Of a stretch of DNA of 64,000 nt, positions 1-12,475 are shown piece after piece; the first letter of the stretch is position 1; each line of letters starts with the position of its first letter. Source of the DNA: Klebsormidium nitens (Eukaryota > Plantae > Klebsormidiophyceae); the NCBI GenBank assembly GCA_000708835.1, contig DF236963.1, positions 1 to 64,000 on the forward strand, read 5' to 3'. The position numbers were made by a program, and so were the translations under genes. The notes beneath the pieces were generated by a model. That model was given only the letters and a program-made list of their open reading frames with translations. It had not been told where the DNA came from and ran no database searches.

Positions 1-22
1 TAACAAGGTCACGCTGAATAAT

Positions 23-59
23 GATAAGGGGTCGGGCCCGCAGGGCCCGACCCCTTATC
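23..59. repeat. Perfect 17-bp inverted repeat (hairpin) with a 3-nt loop
   Basis: gataaggggtcgggccc (23-39), loop gca, then gggcccgaccccttatc (43-59), the exact reverse complement. Confidence 0.95.
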
Positions 60-119
60 GCCTCCGGCGATGGCCGGCCCGACCCCCCGAATTTTCGCCA
101 TTGTGGGTGGCCAAGCCGA

Positions 120-415
120 GTGTTGGGCCAAGGTACATACATCGGTACACCATAATGTAGGTACCTCGGTACATACCGTACGTACCTCATGTATCTATAC
201 CGGATGCAGCCTCAGACTCCAGAGGTAGGTACCGGGACCGGAATACCAACCATGCATAGGTACCTGGTCTATAGTACCGTACTTCCGTAAGGTACGACTC
301 CAAAATTCTGAGTTACCGTCGAGCCGTACCCACCATCAGTGAACACTGAACAGTGGACTCGGGAGCCTACCTACCTACTAGACCGGACGGCGGAGTACCT
401 ACCTACCTAGCTCCA
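120..415. repeat. GTAC/GTACC-dense repeat region, possibly the subterminal region of a non-autonomous transposon
   Basis: About a dozen GTAC words in roughly 210 bp, plus a duplicated (ct)acctacctac(c)tag motif at 365-412. It shares ccaaggtacatac with a smaller GTAC cluster near 23712. Confidence 0.5.
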
Positions 416-842
416 TGTATCGACACTATTTTTACTACCGGCCACTCGATCAGGCAAATTGCCCCAAAAACCAGTCCCGGGAACTTACGGGGAAAATTCC
501 CCGGTCCGGCCAGAAAGTTCTGAAAACCCGACCTAGCTGTTACCCGCACATTTGCCGGAACTCACTTTCGAGATTGGGGCTAACTGGGGGCTTCGGGCCC
601 CGGCCGGTGCACGTATTTCGGAGGTCAAACCCCGGGGATTGCCGGTCCCGTCGGAAAACCGCACCATAGCTATCCCGTCTTCCACCATTCAGACAAAATG
701 GAATCGTGAGTGTACGGATGTTGGAGCTTTGGTGGCTAAGCTTGAACAGCCGCAATCATGTTGGCAGCAGAGGCGCGTATCCTAGCTGGATTGTATAATT
801 GGCCCATGCGCACGAGTTCCAAGAATCGCAATCGCGGCCGCG

Positions 843-1046
843 CCTCGAATGCATTGCACATGTTCGATAATGCCCAACGACGGACTTGAACGGCTGTGAT
901 AAAGGTGCATCTGTACCACATGCCTCGAATGCTTATTGCATGTTCTAATGCCGCCCCGACGACCGTGACGGACTTGGAAGGCTGTGATAAACGTGTCGGA
1001 CTGTACCACATGTGGTACAGATGCACTTTTATCACGATATCCGCGA
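843..1046. repeat. Degenerate tandem repeat (two copies of about 80-90 bp) ending in a 20-bp palindrome
   Basis: cctcgaatgc...gacggacttg...ggctgtgataaa...ctgtaccacatg occurs twice. ctgtaccacatgtggtacag (1001-1020) is a perfect palindrome. The following atgcacttttatcac is inverted relative to gtgataaaggtgcat in copy 1. Confidence 0.8.
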
Positions 1047-1322
1047 ACATTAGATGAGGCATGCTTGCATGTGACTTCAGTTTCAGTACGTGACGATATG
1101 TCATTGAAACTTAGGAACTCTATCATAAATCCTCACAACAGCTTTCCGCAAAGGACCCTAAATTTGACCCAAAAACAATGCAATGATGGTCCGGCGCATA
1201 ACGATACAGCCTCGAAAAACGGTCTGCCATGCATTGATCAAAACTTCGAATCTGAAGTTGGTCGTAAGATAACATCCAACGAAAGGAACACAAAAGATCA
1301 TCAAGCAAATGCACATAAGCCT

Positions 1323-4300
1323 CTAGCGAACAAGCGACTCGTTATAGCTCCCGATGACGTAGTCACTGATAGCCGCACGGCATACCGGGCACTTCGCCTC
1401 TCCGTCCCCCGTCCGCTCCATTATCTTCAGCACACAGTCCTGGCACGTGACCGTATGCCGACACGGTCTCACCATCGCGGAGGGGGATCCCTCCAGACAC
1501 ACGATGCACCGGCGCTGCCTTTGCGTGGCCGGAACAGCGGAACGAGTGCCCGGTTCACTGTTCCCCGGGGTGTCCGGTATCGGCTCTCCGTTCAGAACGC
1601 AATACAGCTGGCCCATGGTTGTTGGCCGTCGGGCGGGGTCTTTGTCCCATGCGCGCTCGATGGCAGACCGGACGTCCGGGGCCAAGTCAGCGGGCAAGTT
1701 CGGACGCTCACCTGGAAAGAATGGTCGCCGTTGTCACTGTTGCTGATTAGGAGAGAATGCAGCTATGTGACAGGGTTTGGAGCGAGGTAATTTGCATAGT
1801 TTTTTGGCTTCTCTGAATCATCTTTATTTCTTAATGTTCGCACCTTTGCGGGCATCGGGGGCCAAAAGTGGGATTCTACCTACAAATAACACCTGTAGCA
1901 TTGTAAGCTCACCTTCAACACAAACGCGCTGCCTCAGCTGCTGCTCGCTCCATTCCGGCTGGCCGTAGGGCGGAACTCCGGTCAGCACCTCGGAGCAAAC
2001 GACCGCGAAGCTGTACACGTCCGCCTTCTTCGTACCCGTTTCGGTCGACCGTTCCGCCCTCCAGGATTTCCGGCGCCGCCCACAGCAGCGTCCCGATCAC
2101 CCGGGGGCCTCCCCGGGTGGAAGAGATCGCCGAGCCGCTCCGCACGCGGCCTAGGCCGAAGTCGGCGACTTTGCACGTGGTGACGTCAGCGGACAGCAGG
2201 AGGTTGGCGCTCTTGACGTCACGGTGCGTCACCCCGAGGTGGTGCAGGTAGAGAAGCCCCGAGCACGCTTGGCGGAGGATGTCGAGGCGCTTCTCCCGAG
2301 ACCAATCGGTTGAGACGTCGAGGACGTGCAGGGCGTCCCAGAGGCTGCCGCCGCCCAGAAACTCTGCATGACGTCAGCATGACGTCAGCGGCGCACCTTG
2401 CCTCCATGTCAGCCCTGGATGCGCGGGGCCAGGAGACTCGCTCTTGGGGGTTGATGCTCAAGCATCGATCGCAGAAGTGGACTGACGTGCGGATCAGGAC
2501 TGAGGATCCCTGGATACTAATGCGCGAGGGAAAAGAGGGTTTCGCAATGAGAATTCAAAGAAGAGGTGCAGAGCTTCGGCGACATCGCCCTCACTGCAGC
2601 GCGGAAAGCGCAATTCCGTTTGACACGTACGACTCGGGGCGAAGAGAATCAAGTTCCATTCGTATCGTTCCTGGAGAAAGAGCAGTACGCGCTTTGGTTT
2701 CCAAAGCGATGTCTACCAACCGGCTTGAATTTAGCCTCCGGTAGATCAGAAGGCATGACAAATCAGGGATAAGAAGCTCTAAGAATGATACGAACACTGC
2801 CTGAGACGGGTAGGTATCTTCTTGGGGCTCGGGTGGGTATGGGTGCGAAACAAAGTACGGGTAGGAACGCTAGTTAGTAGGGTTGAGCTAAAGGAATATA
2901 ATGTTTACTTAGATTGTCGCGACTTGTTTCCCCGAGTCCCTGCCTTTTGACCAAGGAGGGCGCCAATCACATAACTCTTCAATTTAGCAGTAGTAAGCTC
3001 CAGCAACAGTAAGCTCCAACATAAACACTAAAAACCTAATCTAAAAATCACCCGCTCCGCACCCGAACCCACCCTAACCACCAAACTAACCCTACCCGTC
3101 CCAGGCTGGTTGGCTTACTATTATTGAAGCTTACTATTGCTAAATTGAAGATTCTTGCCAATTACCTGTGACGACTGCGAGGTTCGGCCGCTCGACGCAC
3201 GCGCCCAGGAATTGCACGACGTGCGGGTGGCGCGCGGCCGCGAGCACCCTGATCTCGTTCGTGAAGTCCTGCAGCTGGTGCCGGGTGATGTTCTGGAACC
3301 GCAGCTTCTTCAGTGCGACCGCGGCGGTCTGCCAAGTGGCTTTGTATACGGCGCCGAAGCTGCCCTCCCCGACGAGGTCGTCTTCTGGGTTGTAGCTGCG
3401 TTATCACAGAAAAAAACTACCGTTAACCAAATATCTGGTCAACGAATCGCGGCGGTCTGCCACGTGGCTTTGTAAACGGCCCTCTCCCGGGTTGTGACTG
3501 CGTTCCAAAATTAAATTCCACCGTTGACCAACCACCCCGGTTAGGCTTGTTTGAGATCCCCTTCAATCAAATGAAGCTGGTTGAAGAGTTAGTCAAATCT
3601 CCGTTAACGAGTCTTGGGACAGGAGCGAAGCCTTTCTTGTGGTTAACGAATTAAAATGGTAGAAATGCGTCAAGCGGGCCTATCCAGCAGAGGAGAAGCA
3701 ACACACAGCGATGAGAAGACCTTTCATCAGAGATACAATTGGGGGTGTTGTCGTGGTTAGTCTCAGTGCAGTCCTGGTTGCTATTTCAAACTGCCGAACC
3801 AAGGAACAACATGGATTGAAGAAGGGGCTCTCATCTGCCTCCTGAGAGCCCCGCCTGAAGCTTCTTCATTTCGAAGTGGCTTGTTCCGGCTCCTCTGGAG
3901 AATGGAGCTGAGAAATGTCCAGAGTTGCGGAAGTCTGTTTCTGTTGAGTACGTGCGAATGAGGCCGTTTTTAAGAACTCGGCTTCACAGCATAATGTAAT
4001 CTGCGGACAATCCACTGCGCCGCAGTACGTATACAGACCCGATGTCGCTGAAGAGGATGATGTGTCCGGACGTCCGGAGCCGCTGCAGTAAATCCGCGCT
4101 GAGGATTCCTGAGTCCAGACCCTGCAGCAAGCAGGAAAAAGGCTTTGAAGTTTTTGCTCACTAACTGTTTCTGTCCATCGACGACAGCAGTCGTTTTATA
4201 TTTCTGGTAGTGCTTACAAGTTCACTCTTACTTCAGAAAAATATTTATCAGCCGTAGATAATACTGTGCTGATATTAGCAAGGGCATGCAAACCTTAGGC

Positions 4301-4874
4301 CCTCTTCACAATATTTCGGGACCCGGATAATGGACGGTCTTAAACAGCTTTTAAACGCCTTCCGACTGAAAGCCCCCTTTTTAGAACAATGCCGTTTCCT
4401 CCCTTCGCAGAGAGGCCTACATCAAAGGCTCCACTTTCAGCAGCACAAAGCTGACGAACAGCGGGCGACAAAGAAGACCATCGATGCTCTCACCGGCGGT
4501 CGCCTGTCTCGCGTGTTGAGCCCGCTCAATGCGTCGACAAGACCAGCCACATCCGCCCGAGATTGTGCGGCACTCGGTGCAGTGTGAACGGGCACCGGGG
4601 CGGGTGCTACCGGGGCAGGGGCAGGGAGATACACCGGGCGTTCTACATACACTATCTGCGGCTCTGGGGGGGGCACCGGGGAACAGCCTCCGAACCCGGT
4701 AGGCCCTCTCGGTGCAAACATGAGGTTCCAGGGACCGTCCTCAAATCCGCCCAGATCGTCGCAGTCCGAATCGTAGTCGTCAGAGCTTGACGCATAGCCC
4801 CCGCCAGCAGGGGCGCGGTAGTGGCTTCTAACGTATGTCCCATCCCTCCGGTAGTAACTCTCGATGTGGGGCAT
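1323..4874 (-). CDS. Tyrosine-kinase-like Ser/Thr kinase with a C-terminal RING-HC finger; one apparent frameshift (possible pseudogene or sequence error)
   Basis: Exons 4874-4494, 4121-4039, 3395-3166, 2363-1913 and 1711-1323, with compatible splice phases. Kinase motifs: GEGSFGAVY, VALK, HPHVVQFLG, HRDVKSAN, DFG, WAAPE, DVYSF. RING: CIVC..PCRH..CQDC..CPVC. Exon 4 is 451 nt, one base too long, and the frame changes between WAAPE and KKADVYS (about 2035-2065). Exons 1-2 are less certain. Confidence 0.8.
2804..2890. mobile_element. Inverted partial copy of the MITE-like core
   Basis: Its reverse complement (cgcacccatacccaccc...cctacccgtctcagg) aligns with 3056-3105 (cgcacccgaacccaccc...cctacccgtcccagg). 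Confidence 0.55.
2976..3152. mobile_element. MITE-like element (about 177 bp) with terminal inverted repeats, in a kinase intron
   Basis: Left end tcttcaatttagcagtagtaagctccagcaacagtaagc matches the reverse complement of the right end, tcttcaatttagcaatagtaagcttcaataatagtaagc. The internal core is shared with 26215-26370. No clear TSD. Confidence 0.65.
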
Positions 4875-6223
4875 GCTGGCGGGTACGATTGAGAGCAGGG
4901 AGGTTTTATCCAATATTTTCAGATAATGCGGCCTCCAAAGTAAGGTAGCGGCAGATGAGAGGTTTTCGGACAAATGGGCGGCTGCTTGTAATAGCACTGC
5001 AGAGTTATCGGTGTGAAATTTGCTGCTGTTCGTGTGAAGGTAGCCTGCTACTGCCGAGGCTTGAGCTGTTCTGTTTTGCAATGGGTCTCTGACGTGGCCT
5101 TTGCGCATTAAACGGAACTGACAAACGATGAATTATAGCACTTAACTCGTGTTGCATTAAGCTGTAACGTCGTAAGGGGACTTTCTTGACCTCCTCCGAG
5201 TTTGCAAAAGGACATGACCGTTTTTGTGACAAGGACAAGCTTGGTCACACGTAGTATATGGTCGAAGATGTAAAGTCGCCGCCCCTTTCGTATATGCGAT
5301 TTTCCCTCGGAACGGCCACACCTTGTGGTCAGCTCTTACCTCGGCTGTTCAAAAGAGTCAACGGGCGTCAAGTGAGCATGGAAACGAACCAATCGTACAC
5401 CTGGCACATACCATGACGTGCCATGAAGTGACTGCGGAGACCTACGTAATGGGTACTCCCACTACTAGTACTGTCGCCATAGTAGTGGACCTTAGCTGTT
5501 AGTGTTTCTACCTGCAAAGCCTGTCAGCGGATCATAATGCACCAAATTTTTCCAATTTGTGACCGTACGAAACCGTTGACCTTAGAACCTTATCGCGACC
5601 TGCGGCTAAACCCCGGCCCGGCGCCATTTCAGTCAACGTGGTCAACGGCAGGTGTTGAATGTTCGAAATCGACCTTCGTCGAAGCAATCGTCCGCTGACA
5701 GTGCGCCCGACTGCTTCGACGCGTGGTTTACGGAGAGGTTGGAAGCACACGACTGCGTCATGCGCAGGAGCCGACCCTGGCGGCTCCCATGCGTCTGCAC
5801 AGTGCAGGTCACTGTCATCAGTGGGATTGAGCTGTAATTGCAGGACTTCCCAAAATCAGGTTTGTTCTTTCAAAAGCCAGATTGATCCCCTTTAAGGAGG
5901 CTTGTCCTTCAGCAGCTTGACGCTCCAGATTAGTTGATCTCACTTTTCGTCTTGAAGAAAGGCACGAGCTTCAGACGCTAGCTAATTCCTTCAGCAGCTT
6001 CACGCTCCAGTTTTGCTGATTTCACTGTTCGTTCTGGCGAAGACAAAAGCTGAGGACGCCACCTGAGAGGTCACTAGCTCGCCACAGAAGAAGACGCCTT
6101 CTGCAAGAGCGCTCACAAGAAGGTGCCATTACCAGCGAAAAACTTCCTCTGCTGTCAGGCGTCGCTTTCGCTGTCCTCGTGCTCCAAAGCTGCAGAATGG
6201 AGCTCCGGCATCAAAGACAACAC

Positions 6224-8938
6224 ATGGCTTCTTCGCGAAGACCTCTTCCTTCAGTGCTTCTCGTGCTGTCTCTCGTCTCTCTCAGTTCCATTCGCCTTCA
6301 TTTCGTCGAAGCTCAGCTCTCCCCCGCCCCTGCTCCTCTTTCCAGTGAGCTGCTCTTTCTAAACTCCAGCTCGAGTCCCTGTCTCCAAGCCTTGGGAAGC
6401 TCGCAGTACACCCTATTTGCAGCTTTGGTGCAGCAGGCAGGGCTGGTGCCTGGAGTTCTAGATGCGCTCTTCAACTTTGGGAACAGGCTGACAGTCATGA
6501 CACCAACAGATGACGCCCTGCGAAATAGTGTCAAGGACAGTGCACTTGCTTTCCTGGGGGAACCCGACAAACTGCAGGATCTTCAAGTGAGTTTTCAACT
6601 TCTTTGAAGCGAGACTCAATAGAACGAGGGGCAGTACAGGCTCTTGAATCTCAACAATGAATCTATGTGCTGTTTAGAAAGTACAGGATAGGGATACTAG
6701 TGTTTCAGTCCACTGATCAACTCTTCTTCAGGATGAACAAAGTCTCAAAAGTCAAGCTGCAAGTAAGTGAACAAAGTCAGGGAATTCTGCCTCTGAAGGT
6801 CGCATGCTTTGCGGACCGTTTGGACCTTCTCGTTTCCACATACCAGACCAGAATACGAGTCATCTCAGACTTCGTAAGGATGTCTTTGAATGGTGCCTTT
6901 CCTGGAATCCCTGTTTGCTTGCAGCAGCTCAAACAGAGCACTTCAACTTACTGCGATCTTGTGGGAGAAAGTTTACAACATTTCAAAGAATTTAAGTTGT
7001 TAAGCATAGAATGTCTTCGGAGGTGTTGTTCTAGACACAAAACTGAAAGGAGAGCTGATGGGAATACCCAGTCATCCATCACTTGACCTCAGAAAAGCTC
7101 CGGCGCCTCGCGCCCCTCTAGTTAGCCCTCAGGAGCTCTGAAATAAAATAGCTCTGAAATGAGAGCTGCCACATTCAACGAGTCTTGGCCCCTGTCTCTC
7201 TTTCCTTGCTTACTGTTCTCCTGTTTGAAGTTTTCTCAACCTCCATTGTTTTTTCTCAAATGCAATTTCCGTCTGCAGAATATCTTGCTGAGCCACTTCG
7301 TGGGGCAACAGCTCGGTTCCGCCGACCTGGTCAACGGAACCATGCTGATAACCTTGTCCGGAGACCCGGTCGTCATCCAGCGAAATGGCGGAACGGTCAC
7401 AGCGGACAACCAGGCCCTGCTGGCGGGCCACTTCGCCAACACGGCGGACTGCTTCTTCTACGAACTACAGGGGGTCATCGTCCCTTCGACCATTTCTGCC
7501 GGCGCGCTGCAAGCAGGTGAGGGCTGTCCCCACAACGTTGGGTCGTACGCTCTTACGAAGGCATAGACGAGCGAAGAACGAGACTTTGGGCCATTCTTCG
7601 TGCGAGATTCCCGGTTATTGCATCTGTTCACTGTGCCGTGATGCTCCTTGACGTTTTAGCATATGGATTTGTTGACCCTTGCATTTAGTTCTTGATAAGG
7701 GCTCTGATGACGCCCTGATAATGGTATTAGCATCCCTTGTCAATAGGGACAATATCCATATGACACTGGTCCAACTTTGATAAAGCAACGGCATAGTCGT
7801 CCTCTGGGTATTCAGAAACTTCCTCTGCGCGTGTTCTGCCTGGAACATTCTCTTGTTCCTGTCTTGCATCATGAAATCTCTTTTGCCCTCAGAGCGCTCG
7901 CCAGGTTCCCAATACCCAGCTTCTTACAGAGACGCTCTTCCGTTCCTGTCTGACACTTTGATTGAGTTTCTCCGCCAGGCCTAGTTCCCACGACGATGGT
8001 CGAGCTTCTGTCCGCTCCCAAACTCCCAACGCGGTCCAACATTTCGGACACCAATCCGACGCCAGCTCCGGTCCTGACGGTTGATCAGAAGCTGGTCACG
8101 GCAACCACGCCGGCAGCGGCAAGCTCGGGTAAGCTTCCAGATGATCATCCCTCAAGATTTCTTGATTATCCCTCACACTTTCCAGACACTATTACTCGAG
8201 TATTCTTGACAACTCTTCCACAGTCTTTCAACGATCCCTGACAACCTTACAGCGTCCTTACGAACTCAAGCAGTCCTTAGTCCTAAACCACGCTTAACGA
8301 TCCTTCGCGATTTCTTCAGTCCTCAGGACCTTTAGTTAGTGCTCAACCCCAGAACTGCTCAACCGCAGAACCTAAGACCTCGTACCCTCACTAAAAGCAA
8401 GCAATACAGAAATTCAAGGCCCAAGTATTGGGTAAAGTTGGTTAGGACAATCACCTCGGCCGCGGTAAGCCTGAGAGGAACATCGAAAGCCTTGTCCGAC
8501 CCGTTTCTCATCGTCCAAGCATCTTAGTTGTAGTGACGTCAGCGTTCGTAAGATGGCAGGAACATGTCTGCAGGACGTCCATCTTCTTTCAGAGCCCCTG
8601 TCGTGCCAAGCTCAGAGTAAAGAACCGTCAAGATTGTCCTAGTGCTGCAGTCGGTGCTGTTCAGAACAGTAGATGTTCGACTGCGTAACTGCTTCTAACG
8701 CGTTTCTCCCTGAACTTGCTTTTAATCAAGTGGACGATTCGTTTTGCGCGATCTGAATGGCTTCGCTCAGTGTATGCCGCTTCTCTTTGCTCGAGACTCT
8801 GATGCATTCCTGTAATGAAGATCAAATATTAAACTTCGTGTGTTTACTGCAGGCATGCGCCTCAGCGCTTTTAAATCACTGCGAGCTGCGGTCGGTACAT
8901 CGTCGCTCCTGGGACTGGCGGCGTTCATGCTGATCTAG
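6224..8938 (+). CDS. FLA: Fasciclin-like arabinogalactan protein (single FAS1 domain, signal peptide, likely GPI anchor)
   Basis: Exons 6224-6586, 7279-7516, 7979-8128 and 8853-8938, all in phase. Hydrophobic N-terminal signal. H1 motif LTVMTPTDDAL, central NILLSHFV, H2-like FFYELQGVIVP. Pro/Ala/Ser/Thr-rich linker and hydrophobic tail SSLLGLAAFMLI. Confidence 0.85.
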
Positions 8939-9999
8939 ATCGATTAGATACTTTTAGGACAATACCTTGATCGAGGCGTGGTAAGATTTGGAGTTTCTTG
9001 CTCGCGTTGTCAACTTGCGTCTAAAATGCTGGATGAATGCACGTCTCGATTCGTGCCGATTTTGGAAGAGCGTTGCGTAGCAGTACTTGACAGAGACCGG
9101 AGATTGCATTCATGAAAAGAGGTACGACGGTAGCTGAGAAGGGAGTGGTTATCGCAGAGAAAGTAGGGTCAATACAGATTAATCCTCAGGTCTAGGAGAA
9201 CTCGTGTTGGACCGAGCATAAGATGTATTTGTAGGGAATGGGTGGTCCTTGGCAGAGGTCCAATATTATGCTTTTTGGCCAGATGATGCATGATTTCGAA
9301 GGGGCGGGATCTCGATGCCGCTGTCTGACTGTCTTCGAAGAGCCAAACGTACATACATGAAGCACTATCTCGTTCTCCTTCGAAATTACCAGATTTGCTC
9401 TGCATAACATTCGTTTCGCTAGATGTGCATAATGACTAAACAGTTGGTCACGTGTTGACGTGGATCGCAATGCACACGTGGAACATTGCATGACGTATGT
9501 ATGGAACTTCTTGAATCATCGGCCCATGGATTGCTCCAAATCATCCGGCGTGGTATGCCAGAACCGTATGCCGAGCTGCAGTTTGGGGGGCATGCATTAG
9601 TCACATTACGAAAGCAAAATTCCAATCAGGACACGGCCACAGAGACAACAGATACTTCATTCTGTTCTATTTGAGAAGTTGAGCCTGACTGCAGGGATTG
9701 AGAGACACAACTTCTACAGGCCATATACTCAAAGACTGTTGAGTATCAAATCTGGTGGGCAGCGGCGAACTTCCACGATGTAAATGGAGGCTAAACTGAT
9801 CGAGCATATGAAGAAAATTCATTGAAAGAAAATCATCATGCAAAAGCTCAAATCCGTCAGCTATCTTTGCCGATGAAGGAGCTTACAAACTGAACACAGC
9901 TTGCCTCGTCCCGAGGATATGTTAGCCGCAGCAATGGCCTAGACGAGTCTTACTGGTCTGTTCTATTGGAACCGCGCGACCGTAACCGAACTACTAATC

Positions 10000-12031
10000 T
10001 CACTTCATCCTCAGAGCGACGGATGCACTTTTACATTCCTTCTTGTGGCCTTCTTTCCAGGCATGCTTTTGACATTCTGCAAACACAACGGCGGCGCTAG
10101 GTTAGCCCGAGGGAGCAAATTGCGTCTAATGAGATGCGCTGACGAATACGTCGGCCGCACGAAAAGGTGACGCAAAACTATGGAACGTCTACAAAGGTTA
10201 GTACAAGTGGGTTGGTCAATATTTGAATCGAACGTGCATATGAATCGAATGTGCATATGCGAACACTGGACAACCTCAAGGGTGCCAGTCCATGTTGGCT
10301 AAAGTCATCCAATCAAACTTAACCGCATGAAAACCCTGCCAAAGATACTTCGGATGGTTGAGAGCATTCACAGCTGTACCACCGCTAGCTTAATCACATC
10401 TTAGATTGTGATCGGATCGGTATCCTGTCTTTTTATTGCTTGCAGGAAACGAACGCTCTGCTTCTGTGCTACCACAAGCTTCATCTTTGAATCATTTCAG
10501 CAACTTGCCTTTGAACCTTAAGCAAACCATCCGTTGAGATAAATGAGCTTTTATGACTAGGATGTTGAGTCTGCAAAGGCCTTCAGGAGACAAGTTCCTC
10601 ACCTTCGGAGCAGTATGTCGCAAATCGACATTGGCCGCAGACTTTGAACTCCTTTGCCGACGTCTCAACTCTGTTGCACTCCTTTCTCGCACATCTCCTG
10701 AGAGGACTTTGCGTCACGTTGAAAAAGGTGGTCGGCTCATCGCTAGGAGTCAAACGGCTTGCAGAGAACTCGGCTGATTGCTTGAACTCTCCAGCGCTTC
10801 CTTCGTCAGCCCCGAAAGAAAGGGCCTCTTTCATCTCTGTCCCAAAGATAGAATCAAACTCCTTCCTCCGTCTCCTTGCCAGCTCGTCTTTTGCTAGTAG
10901 GGCTTCGAGCGCCTTCAGCTCCTCTGGATGCAACTTCTCGCCGTATGAGCTTGCTTCCTTCATGACTCCTGGCAACGTCATTCGCAGACATGCAACCGCA
11001 AGCTTGTTGAAATCAGTCTCTGTCGCAGAAGTGGTCGCCATAGCCAGAAGACAGGATGAGATAGCGCTGTAACTTTGGATGAGTTTCAGCAAGGACTTGT
11101 CTCTCCCAAAAGTACCCCCCAGCAGCAGCATCGCGAATTGAATCGTTCCCTTGTCGCTGGTTGTTTTGAGGACTGTGCTAGTGACAGTGAAGACAATCCG
11201 AGCTGCTTCCGGGCTTACGCAACATGCATATGCCGTCGATTTACCGCACATATGCAACGTGGCAATTGCGTCATTGCCAAGGCTGGGATACTCGGACGCA
11301 GAAAGAGCGTCTTGAAGCACAGTCTTGATGAACCTGCTGCCAAGCTCCTTTGCTGAGGCTAGAATAAACAGGGTCCTTGCTAATCCCAACTTACTTTGAA
11401 GCTCAGGGTTGACCGAAAATGAAAACCTCAAGCTCAGCTCTTCCGGAAGTTTGACGGCGTCATAGTTCCTCATCAGGATGTTGACTATATCTTTCAGTTG
11501 CGTCCTTTTAAATTTGCCTGCTCTTTTGTCTAATGCAAGACTCGCAAGGGCATTCGAATACATAGCCACCACCGAGAACAAGGTCACATGCTCTCTCGCC
11601 TGTCTCCCCGCTTGCCTCTTCCTCATTTGCTCTTTAGGGAGTAGATAACACTTCCTGTCCTCTTCATACTCTCGCAGCCCCCGAGAAAGCTCCTCCAGAA
11701 TGACGGTTTGGTTGAGCACGTATGAAGCATACTTCGTGCATGCGTCAGAATCCTTTGTTGCCAGCATTCCGTTGAAGACTGTTTTGAATCTGCAGATAGC
11801 GAAGTACCTTGTTTCCCTATCTCCTTGGAGGATCTGCTTTGAAATCTCCTCCAGCCACTTGCACTTCTCCGGATGCAACATGTTTATGCTGACATCCCCA
11901 CTTTCAACCATCATCGCCTCAATCTCCTTCAAGGTGCGCTTCGACCTCACATGCTCGGCAAATCTTTGCGCTTCGCTGTTCTCATGGCGGGCCAGGGCAC
12001 AGGCACTTTCTCTTTGGGAGGCGCTTCCCAT
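10000..12031 (-). CDS. MYND zinc-finger protein with a long helical N-terminal region
   Basis: A 1429-nt exon (12031-10603) splices in phase to 10076-10000. This completes CARKEC..CGQC..YCSEECQKHAWKEGHKEEC, a full zf-MYND pattern. Confidence 0.85.
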
Positions 12032-12475
12032 CTCGTGAGACGAAGACGGAATCCACCAACCTCAATTGCAGAGGAGGCTTTTCAAGCTAGCCTTCAGTCG
12101 CAGATTCTTAACCTTCATTGCAGCTAAGATGTGGCCTTATCAACCCCGAGTCCTCCGTTCTCCGCTCTAAAGAATGACCCATCTCTCATCTCCTAAGCTC
12201 TTCTACAACTCCGCTCAAGAAAAAACCTGCTGTCTGCAGCATCTTGACTCACGCAGGATTCTGCTGCAGTCGCCTCTGCGACAAAATTGTTCCAGCGGCA
12301 CCCTGTTCTCGATGCTTGTTGCATGCAAATTCCGTTCGTCGAAGGTGATGCCGAAAAAGCTACATGAAACTTCACAGGTTGTGCATATCAAGATGTTCGA
12401 AGTTGAGCCTTGCAGATCTCTAGGAGTGCGTTCAACCAGATCGGCGCAAGTATTCAAGTGTAACTTTGCATCAAT

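Noticed and set aside
23-59. Helitron 3' terminus
   Set aside because: No CTRR about 11 nt beyond the hairpin on either strand.
2369-2387. as-1/CRE element (two TGACGTCA)
   Set aside because: Spacing is 11 rather than 12 bp, and the site abuts a 3' splice site. It is more simply an 11-bp tandem duplication.
9050-9700. Possible decayed transposon ORF
   Set aside because: No recognisable RT, integrase or transposase motif in any frame.
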